The notes beneath the pieces were generated by a model, which saw only the letters and a list, made by a program, of their open reading frames with translations, did not search any database and was not told the DNA's origin. A stretch of DNA of 63,247 nucleotides, the filler included, from Dugesia japonica (taxonomy: Eukaryota), in NCBI GenBank assembly GCA_001938525.1. It is 6 parts of 6 records of this genome, joined end to end, with 100 filler letters (N's around TTAATTAATTAA, not from the genome) between each part and the next. Parts side by side here need not be neighbours in the genome. Positions count along the whole stretch, not along the records: positions 52,906 to 63,247 come from MQRL01574808.1; 5 more parts are not named here. One strand, given 5' to 3'. Positions 52,988-63,247 of this stretch are shown one piece after another. The translations under genes and the position numbers were made by a program. Positions within the stretch are counted from its first letter, which is position 1, and the number at the start of each line of letters is the position of its first letter.

Positions 52988-54091
52988 CTGATCAATTTTC
53001 TATTCGGATCGAGCATATCCACCAATTTGTTAGCGTAAACTTTCTTTGAAGCAGTAAAGAGGATCACCTCAAACAACTGTGAGACTCGATTGAGAAATGT
53101 GTACAAATGCGGTCGAATTCTGACATAAACCTGTGATAATAAAAAATTGTGAAATACGCTACAAGGCGATAGGAATTCCTTACAACATAAACTGAACCCT
53201 GAAATATCACTTGAAACACATACTGTGCATCAACTAGAGGTGTAAGACTACAATGAACAAGAGTTTCATCGAGATCAAGAACTAGACTGTATTTTGGTAC
53301 AGATCTTGTTCGCTTAGGTAAAGCAGGAGGAATGAAATTCAATTCAATTTGCTGAGGAGGAAGATTTTTGATAAATGAATATCTAAACCGTAAAATAATA
53401 ATAGACCGAATTGTTGAAATGGTTCTTTTTAAATAAACAGCCAATCATTGTGAAATTTAAAAATAAATTCATTTTGATTGGCCTTGCTTAAATTAAAACT
53501 AACGGATCAATTTCTTCATTTTCTTCGATTTCTGCTTCTTCAATTTCTGTTTCACCTTCATCTAGCTCCACATCCTCAATTATTTCTTCGGTACTATCAT
53601 TATTTATAGCATTCTCCATATCAGTTTCATTTTCCGTATCATTACTTATCTGTTATAATAACTAATATGTCATTTGGTTTTCAAAGCTGATAACTTTATA
53701 ATAAATAAATAAAATATATTACTACGTTATTTATCTCTTCACTTTCCATATAATCTTCATCTAAATCATCCAATTTTTTTTTCGAGTTTTTACACTGCTA
53801 TCATTAATTTAATAATCAATTATTTACGTAGTAATTTTAAAATACATTATCAGGAAATTTTATTTGAGTTATAAGACTGATTGTCACTTTACTGAAATTT
53901 TTGTTTTCTGATTCAATAGGTGAAATTTTCATAGATTTTTTTCCTTTTTCTTTGTCTTTATTACTGTAAAAATTTTTTATGGACTTTTTAGATTTCCTTT
54001 CTTTACTTTGAATGTTGTTACTGAATTTTGGTGAAAATATTCTACCGTGAATTCTACTTCTAGTTTTCCTTGTAGTATATTGTCCATTCAT
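52988..54091 (-). CDS. CTDSPL2: CTD small phosphatase-like 2 (SCP4), five exons (53846-54091, 53726-~53794, 53504-53649, 53184-53382, 52988-53130), 3'-truncated
   Basis: DPYSFIK...[25 protein letters not shown]...VYVRIRP...[17 protein letters not shown]; splice phases consistent. Confidence 0.93.
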
Positions 54092-55250
54092 TTTTCTGAT
54101 ATTAATTTAAATATATACTAAAAATATATGAAACTAAATTTTCTTAATTACTCAATTAATTATAATAATAAAAATTTTAATTAAAATTGAATTATAAAAA
54201 TATTAAATCAATAAAAATATTTAAATTATAAAATACGGTTAAAATTTTAATTTCACAAAATATTAATAATATAATTAGAAAATTGAAACAACTTAACTAA
54301 TTGACTATCGTTTATTAAAATTAGTGAAATTTATTTTTCATGAAATGTATTTTTTGTAATATATTAGCTCAGAATTATTAATTAATTTTTTAAATAAAAG
54401 TTCATCTACTAAAGTTTACCTAATTTGAAATAGAAACTTTATAGTTACTGTCACAATAACTATGATTACTTTTACTAAAATTAGAACAAAATTAATTATT
54501 TAAAATATAAATATAAGTTAAATTAATATTTTAATTTATGAAATGATTTAATTTTAAAAATTAAGCACAGTTGTCAAGTTTTTACTGATTGACTTTTATA
54601 TTCACACTTAAACATTTCTTTTCTAAGAATGAATTCCATTTGCATAAATTAAAAACACAGTAATTATGTCAAAGAATTTCCAAAATATTTTAACAACAAC
54701 ATGTTGCTAAAAATGAAACATAGATAAAACTAAAAAGTAAAATTAAAAAAATAAGATAAAAGAAATAAACAATAACTTGAACTGAAAACTATCATTAAGA
54801 AAACTGAATAATTAAACGAGAAAAACTATAATAGCAAAGTATTTTATCAGGAGTAACGAAGTAATTATATTACTTNNNNNNNNNNNNNNNNNNNNNNNNN
54901 NNNNNNNNNNNNNNNNNNNNNNNNNNNNNNNNNNNNNNNNNNNNNNNNNNNNNNNNNNNNNNNNNNNNNNNNNNNNNNNNNNNNNNNNNNNNNNNNNNNN
55001 NNNNNNNNNNNNNNNNNNNNNNNNNNNNNNNNNNNNNNNNNNNNNNNNNNNNNNNNNNNNNNNNNNNNNTTGGACATAACCATTGATCGTTTTACAGAAT
55101 TCATTTAAAATAAAAGCTTCTATCAAAATTTTTGTTTTTTTATAACAATTCGATATTTCGACTTAGTCTTCTTTAGGAATTGACTTTTAAAAAAATTTTT
55201 ATCGAAGCTTTTATTTTAGCTTAAATGTTTGTCTCTATTAGAAAATGGAA

Positions 55251-55570
55251 TAATAAGGTGGCCTAAAAATTCATAAGCATATTATTGATAAAATAAAAAG
55301 TCATATAAATATATTCAAACAAAAATAAAATTCAAATGATATTTTGCTATCTTTCACTGATTTCTAGATTTATGTGAAGATTCCACACGGCTTTTTTAAA
55401 ATCAAAACACTCTTAAACTCCTATTTCATCCTGCAGAATATTCACCAACCTTCGACCTTGCAGGAAATTAGCAATTAACCTGAATAAATAGTAATCAGAA
55501 GGTGTTAGTTTTAGGTTGTAAAAAGGATGGAAAGAAGTTCAATCCCACCAGATTTTCAACTTACTAAAAT
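55251..55570 (-). mobile_element. Mariner transposase 3' remnant
   Basis: FHPFYNLKLTPSDYYLFRLIANFLQG is a degenerate HPPYSPDLAPSDYHLF. Confidence 0.75.
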
Positions 55571-58342
55571 AAAATAATTTATCGGGTTAAATAGAAAAAA
55601 TCATACAAATTGAAATGATTTATTTTAAAGAAGAAAATTTTATTTATATGAAACGATAGGAAAATGAAGATTTCCCATTAAGACCAATGTTAATACGATT
55701 TTTTGTAATCGAATTTCTTTTGTTAATTGTAATGAGAGTAGTAATTATTAAAAATTGCATAATGTTAAATAAATTTCAATTGATNAATGATATTAATTAA
55801 AATTTCCCATAAATGATTTATTAAAGTGATGTTTAATTAATGGTTTTTACTGATAATAATGATTTATAATGATAATTTATAATTATAAAATAAAGATTGA
55901 CCTTCATCTTAAAATAAGCGGAATAAGCAATCCCCAATTAGTAATGTTGATCTATTAAAGACCGTAAAATTAGTAAAAAGAATATTTATGATAATAATAG
56001 TTAATGATGGCAGTAGTAAATAGTTACCCATAATAATAATTCCTTATGTAATAATGTTACTCGAGAATAATTATAAAATTTATCCTCATGGTCGATAAAT
56101 ATTGATGATAATAATTTTCTTTAAGCAACCCCGGTAGTTCCATATGTTGTAGCTCCCATCATTGGTAATAGTTGAATTAATGACCATTTATAAGGATATA
56201 AGTTTATGATGCTTGATGATCAATAGTAAACCACGGTAGTAATGCTTAACTAATTACCATAAGACATACTGAGGATTTCTAAGTACAAATTCAGAACATT
56301 AGGATGATAAGAATAAACTCACTCTACCTTAATTCTCAATATTAAACCTTAATGATAAACCCGCAATACCTTTTTGATAATCTGCTAAAATGTTAACCCT
56401 GAGAGTAATAACGGTCAGATATAATTTTACGATTCTAAACGCTGTCGTCGTTATCTTTTGCAAGAAGGACTAAGTATATCACACAGATTAAAGCGAGTAT
56501 CATGAAATAGGAACCCGAATCAAAGGAATACAAGCATGCACTCGAGTTATGGGCTAGGAATCATCGGCTCCATTTCGAAAATCTAGTTTTGGGACACTAG
56601 ATCAAATTCTTCGTGGGTTTACACTTTGTGACGATACAAATAGTTATAAAATGTCAGAAATTGAGCTACTTAGATGGAACCCAAACACTTTCTTGGTTTT
56701 CTAATATTCCATATTTTATGGTTGTTTTCTGATAATTTCTGTTTGCACCGGTGTTTATTTTGTCCCTTTTTAATTGTAATTTGGAAAAACGATAGAAATA
56801 AGAATTTTATTAATTTAAACAATAAGCTAGTTAATCTAATTATGAAAAGAAGTTGTTTAAATATTGTGACTTTTCTAGTTTTAGTTGTTTTTAAAAAATT
56901 GTTGTGTTATTAACAAGAAGCTAGATTTAAATACAATTTTGATTAGTTGTTATATATTGATTAATAAATTCTATTGCTTTTATAATAATTTGTAATATCT
57001 GTTTATAATCAATTTTGGTAATCAAAACTTTGTAATTGTTATTTAGTTTGCAATTATTTTGTAAACATTTAGTAATTTATTTCGTAAGTGAGACTTTGTA
57101 ACTTACTAATAAATTTATTTTATTATACATATTTATTATTATGTATATTTAACTTTCTCATTTGAGTTTATTTTATTTTCAATTGTAATTATGAAATTAG
57201 ATTCTAATGAATAAATATGTACACCTCAAAGTAATTGTTATTGCTATTTCTTTTATTATTATTATTTGTTTTTTAATGGTTTTTCATAAATATCTCTTGT
57301 TTATTATTGATTTTGTTCGTTTCAATGATAATTATGGAATTTTCTTGTGTTTTCACGATTCCAAAATTTATACCTTATTCGGATGTAGAAGAGNNNNNNN
57401 NNNNNNNNNNNNNNNNNNNNNNNACTCTGTCTATATCGCTTAGAGATGTATATTTATCGTATTAGCAGTAAACTTTCAATGTTATAATTTCTTTAAAAAA
57501 GGAAGAAAACTAAATTATCAAATGAATTATAGAAAGATTCCGCAATTTGGTTTGTAACGGAATTGGTGAATATCAAAGGTATCAATGAACGTCATTAAAT
57601 TTAATCTATGCAGAATGTCGACAAAGGGTGGCTAATCATTGAATGGACAGAGTAGATACCGGATTGAACTAAAGAAAGTCCGTAAGGAATTGATATAGGT
57701 ACGACAGCTGCGTTAGAGGAATAAAGTTCTACGGAATAGAGTAAAAGATGCCGCCTAGTAAGCTGTCCCTCAGTCAAAACAGTTATATGCTATTGGAGAT
57801 AAATGAAAATCACGAAGTAGAGAGTTATCTGTCCTTTTGAATATTTTTGGCGAATGACAGATTTTGTAGTAAAATAAATGTTTGTGTTAACTATGAAGTG
57901 ATCAATTTTCAAAATTATTGCAGAAATTAATATTTTAATTTAACAAACAACCTTATCGAATATCACTGAGCAAGTTATCAGTCCTCACTGTGATTTTACA
58001 CAAGACGGTATACAGCATAGTCCCGTATGAAGGTACAACACCGAGAAAAAATGAGATATGAATGAAATTAAATCTCGGAGCCCAATAATAATAATAATTG
58101 ATTGTGTCCTTATAATGCAATTTTATAAAATATATTGAACATTGAAATAATTTTTTAATTAATATTTAACCTTGACATTTTCCTATTGAATAATATTACT
58201 AATGATTCGTTAAGTAATATCGAACTAATTATGTGTGAATAATTAGTGGTGCAATTGAAATATAAACAAAACACAAAGGAATTTAAACTTCGTTAAGTTT
58301 GTATATAATTGTTAAATTCATAATATAAATTTAAATTTTTAA

Positions 58343-58888
58343 ATGGGAATAAGATTTGATAAAAGACATCAAGTAAACCCAACAAATAACGTTTTATTTG
58401 GATTTTGTTCGAATTTATTTGAATGCTTCATTTGTTATAGTCCAAATAATACGAAAATGAACAATAATAATTTCAGTCGTGATTCAGTGAAAAAAAGAAA
58501 ATCAAACCGACAAATCAAACCGAATTCAACTTCTAGTTTTTATATTGCTCCTGGTTGTTCGATAAGTAAATATCGACCAATTAAATACAATAAGAAAACT
58601 CATCAGTTAAATGGATCAAAATCTCATCCTAATTTAAATACAGAAGAAAATCAGTTAAATTCTACAATTTCTTGTTTACCATCAAATTCCGTTACAGAAG
58701 AAAAAAGTGTGGTGTTTAACAATAAAATAAGAAAACGATCGGCAACATTTTCAGGTCTTAGTTTTAGACGATTAAACAAACTTAATGTTATCATAGAAGA
58801 AGTAAATGAAGAAATTCCACAGCAAAATTTGTCGCAATTTAATAATTCGAATCTTTACATTAATTCGAATTTCTCAGTGTTTCAATAA
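58343..58888 (+). CDS. Intronless Asn/Ser-rich, probably disordered protein (181 aa)
   Basis: 546-bp open frame in very AT-rich DNA; motifs RKRSATF and LNVIIEE. Confidence 0.55.
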   Translation: MGIRFDKRHQVNPTNNVLFGFCSNLFECFICYSPNNTKMNNNNFSRDSVKKRKSNRQIKPNSTSSFYIAPGCSISKYRPIKYNKKTHQLNGSKSHPNLNTEENQLNSTISCLPSNSVTEEKSVVFNNKIRKRSATFSGLSFRRLNKLNVIIEEVNEEIPQQNLSQFNNSNLYINSNFSVFQ

Positions 58889-59059
58889 TCAAATAATTAT
58901 TCCATATGTATTTTCATTAAACTATTTGGTAAATATTCCTGTATTGTTAGAAATTTTGTTTTAGTATTCAAATTAAAATTTTTAATTTTATTTCCTATCC
59001 AATAATTTATAAAAAAAATAATTCGTAAAAAAATTAATAAAATAGAAATTATTTTTTTA

Positions 59060-60007
59060 TTAGACCTACAAGTATAACTCCGTTGATTTTTACGATTTTA
59101 AACATCAATAAAAATGAAAAGTCAAGGTAAAAGTTTATTACAATTAATTTTCATTATTGATAACAATATTACACCAAATTTTGGACAATTTATGAATTCT
59201 ATCATAGAAGAATTGATATTGTTTCAAGACATTCTGATCATCTAGCCATTTTTTGACATCTTCGTAATTTGTTAAGCTCTGCTTCGATAAACTACTTGTT
59301 ATCAACCGTAACAAGTGGTAATCTGACGAAGCAATTTCTAATGAGTTTGGTGGGTAGGCGAGACTTCTCATTTCAGCTTTTCAAACCTGTCTTTGATGAT
59401 TCCACCACATTTATAATAACACTTTTTCATGAAAATTACATCTTGCTGTTGAATTTGTCGGCATGCCTGGATCAACTAACAATATTTTATGCTTAAGATT
59501 ACCGAAATACATTCACTGTTCGATCCTAGTAGGAAAGACGTTATTTTATTCTTTTCCATCAAAGTTTCGCAAGTGAATTTTCTCTGTTGCATTCTGTCAA
59601 TTCCCAAGGCATCCACTTGCCTTCCTTCTGAATGTTTAAAATATCATGTAAGCGGTTTTAATTGCTTGTTGAGTTACATTCAGAGAAATAGCCAATTGCT
59701 CTTGTGTTTGAGCATTGTCTTAGTCCAATAACACTTGCAGTTTATNNNNNNNNNNNNNNNNNNNNNNNNNNNNNNNNNNNNNNNNNNNNNNNNNNNNNNN
59801 NNNNNNNTATCATAAGCCCTTACAAGTAACTTATATGTATCAATAGCACTTATAAAAAGTAATATGAAAAGTAAAGCTTCTTGCAAATGGGGTTTTTAGG
59901 CACAAATTTCATCCTCTAAAATGCCAAATAAAATATTTTGTACAAATATTTTTGAAAATTGTATAATATATATATACTAAACGGCAAAGTTATACTTGTA
60001 CGCCTAA
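59060..60007 (-). mobile_element. Mariner transposon with both TIRs, internally deleted
   Basis: TA-flanked TIRs ttagacctacaagtataact / agttatacttgtacgcctaa; YPPNSLEIASSDYHLL...FFYDRIHKLSKIW. Confidence 0.9.
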
Positions 60008-61539
60008 TAATAAATCGGAGGAATCTTTTTAATATTTTATTAAATTAATTTCATTTATAATCATTTAAAATATTTAAAACGTTTTTAAAATTCTTTTTAT
60101 AGACTTTTTTATTTTCGAATTTGGATCTTTATAAATAATGAAATTTTTTACAAAGTTTAAAACTTTCTTTTGAAGAAAATTCTTAAAATGTATTGTTTAT
60201 TTTTATGGAATGATTGACAAGCCTCTATTAATAACTCATGGTTTATTTTATTAGATAAATAATTAACATTACCTATCTACATTCATCTCTGTTTGCACCT
60301 TTGCCCCTTACTCGTTCAAATTCCTTTACCTTTCTTTACCTTCTTAATACTAAATATTCAATTTCATTGTTAATAAAATCGATCTAATTACAAAAACGTA
60401 TAATTTATTATATTAGCATGTATATTTTTTCAAGAAAATCCTTCATTATTACTTGTCTGCATCTCTACTTGCTTCTCGTCTGAATCCATTCGCGTACCTT
60501 GGTTTCTTCGGTTTCCTTTTCTTTTAGATAATATATATTAAGTTTAGTTGATAGAAAATAAGAGTTTAACATAGAAAATACTTGATTCAACATTAAAAAN
60601 NNNNNNNNNNNNNNNNNNNNNNNNNNNNNNNNNNNNNNNNNNNNNNNNNNNNNNNNNNNNNNNNNNNNNNNNNNNNNNNNNNNNNNNNNNNNNNNNNNNN
60701 NNNNNNNNNNNNNNNNNNNNNNNNATTACATTAAATTCATTCTATACATACAGTCATTTAATATACTTAATTTGTCCACTTTTTGATACTTTTCCTTCAT
60801 TTCCCTCTATTTAGTACCATTTCTCCATTTTCGGATATTTTTCTCTTTTTACCTTTATTTTCTCTATTTAGCTATATTTTTCTCTATTTTCTGTAGGATC
60901 TTAATGCATATTTTCTATCTTTTGCATAGAACTTCTGTATGTTTCTTCCTAGACCACACTTCATTAATTTTTAAAGAGATACATTTAGAGATAAACGAAG
61001 ACATTAAAACTGAATTAGAATTATTTGAAAAACGTTTCAAAATTTGATAATTATTAAATCCATCATACTTAATTTATTCAATCAATTATATGGGTTATTT
61101 TTGATGAATAGTTACAAGTTATTTCAAATTTTTCAATACTTAATTGAAATTTGTATTATAATTTAAATTTACTCACAAGCAGAATTCTAGCTGTCTAAAA
61201 TTGTTGTATTTTCAATTAAATTCAAGTTTTATGTACGTTTTCAGATAACTATTTGAAAATGATTAAATTCATCATGCCTTATATTTTTAATCACATTAAA
61301 TATTACAACACATTAATAAATGAAAATTTATTAAATTTTAAAATTAATCAAACATTGTGAATTTTTAGGAATTAAATTATTAAATTTAAGATAATTAATT
61401 AAATAATTACAATTTTAATGTTATGAATTTCAATTTCAATATGATGACTTACAATGTCATGTGTTGACTTTGAATTTTAAAGTTCTTCGGGGGGAGGGAG
61501 TTTCTAATATTTAGTACTTATTTTCAATTTATTTCATTT

Positions 61540-63110
61540 GGGATAATGATTGACGATTTTTAACCAACTTTTTCGGACTCAGCATAAAATTCTCTGTCAA
61601 ATAAATATTTTGATGTTCAAATTCAAGTTACTTTTTTTTTTCAAAAATCATTCGTCCCTGTGTTCAATCAATGGTTTCTCTAATTATCTCATAACTCATC
61701 TTGTAACTCATAATAAGTACTTGTTTTTAGATAAATTTCACCGTGGATAAAGTTTTATGATTTAAGGTGATGGTATTCTTGATCAGTGAACAATTCTTCA
61801 TGGAATAGATGGTTGAATTATAAATTCTGATATACTTTTTATGTTTATAATTATCATTTTTGAAAATTTTTATTAATTATTAAGAAATAAAAACTGTAAA
61901 CTTTTTTCAAAGTAATTTGATTTAAAAATTTTTACCGTAGACATTCTTGATCAGTNAAACATTCTCTATGGATTATTGAATTTGGATGATACTTATAAAA
62001 AATAACTTTTATTTGTGTCACATAAGCATTATCATGATTTTCAACCATGTTTCTCTGTCAAAATTAGGTTTGGTAATTTTAAGTGATGATTTTCTTGATC
62101 CGTGAAAATTTCTCTATCGAATGATGTATGTCTTGCTACGATTAGTGAATAAAACATTTTAAAAATTATCAAAAAATCACATGTTTTTCTAATGTTCCTC
62201 AGTACCCAACAAAATTTGGTGATTTTTAAAAAGGCCAGTCATAATCAGCGTGAAATCTTTTACCAAATAGAAGAGTTTATAATTTAATTTGAGAAAATAA
62301 TATTTTCCGAATTTTTTTTTCTAGCTAGAATTAATCCCGAAGGCATTTTAAATCGATTGATTTAAAAATTTCGATAAAATTTTTCAAAAAATTATCAAAA
62401 TTTGGGTGGTTCACCCAATAAAAATATTAATTATTTTTAAAATATTTTGAATGTTTAATCAAATTTGAATATTCCCCGTGATTTTCCGTAAAACATTCAA
62501 CCAAAACTGATCAGACCAATCAAATTATCACCTAAAACAAAGCGCCATTGACCTGATTCGATATTACGGAGCAAATTATTACCCAAAAATCATTATAAAC
62601 CTACCAATATACACCAAAATTGACTACACGGAACAAATTATCACGAAAAAAATAGACCAATTTGACCTCATCGAATAAATTATTTCCTAAAACCAGCCAA
62701 AACCAAATCTTATTAGACGTCACCGAAGAAATTTTTGTTGCCTGAAAAGCTTTTTAAATAAAATAAATCAAAATTTTAAAGTGTCCCAGAGGTTTCAGAG
62801 GCTTTTTTTAAATTGTCCCAGAATGCTCATTTTTACACTATAATTATAATTCAAAAATATATTCCAGAGTAGGTAGATGTTTTTGACGATTTTTAACCAT
62901 GTTATTCAAAATGAGGGAAAAATTATTTATCGAATAAATGCTTTGATGGTAAGAATCAAATAATCTTGTGCATCACTATCCTCATCATTATCCTCATCTG
63001 CCTACTACAACCTATTGCATATTTTTAGATAGTAGGTAGATAGTGATGCACCANGTCATATAACCATGTTATTATTAATTGGTATGAAATTCTTCATAGA
63101 ATGGAAAAAA
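61540..63110. repeat. Degenerate tandem repeat region
   Basis: ttcttgatcagtgaa..ttct recurs at ~61777, 61945 and 62091; gattttt?aacca at ~61555, 62037 and 62888; aaatta-core units at 62521-62690. Confidence 0.65.
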
Positions 63111-63247
63111 TTTAAAAATTGAGCAGATCACTTTTTAAAAATTTTAAATTTTACAGATCACTCGCCGAAGGGGGAGATCTGGTTTGATATTATCAACTTA
63201 CCTTTTCCTTATTTTTGGTAATCATGAACATATTTTGCCTTTTTAAA

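Noticed and set aside
55400-56200. Mitochondrial insertion (cytb-like FHPFY; RPWG)
   Set aside because: FHPFY continues into PSDYYLF, the mariner motif; no collinear mitochondrial protein could be read.
62500-62700. CRISPR-like repeat/spacer pattern
   Set aside because: Repeats are short and degenerate, spacers resemble each other, there are no cas genes, and the context is eukaryotic.

Overview
A very AT-rich eukaryotic (animal-like, short ~50-nt GT-AG introns) draft-assembly window. It is not one contiguous locus: five artificial 100-bp spacers (N44-TTAATTAATTAA-N44) join six pieces of about 9-12 kb. Host genes, all on the minus strand: the 3' end of a HERC1-like HECT ligase, one exon of a SHOC2/SUR-8-like LRR gene, a complete ZCCHC8-like gene, a complete RPB4/POLR2D and a 3'-truncated CTDSPL2/SCP4. 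The rest is mostly decayed mobile DNA: three separate Polinton/Maverick remnants, a Ty3/gypsy element with both LTRs and a TSD plus other LTR fragments, three mariners, MULE, two hAT and two Penelope-like fragments, and several foldback/MITE-like palindromes. One Polinton remnant retains polB, integrase, penton, major capsid, adenain protease and a DEDD-like gene. The most notable observation is an uninterrupted 175-aa ORF resembling an Eco47II/Sau96I-type restriction endonuclease, directly upstream of a zinc-finger-bearing Polinton polB. A GC-rich cassette of small orphan genes converging on another polB is also notable. All family assignments come from manual translation and remembered motifs; no database searches were run.
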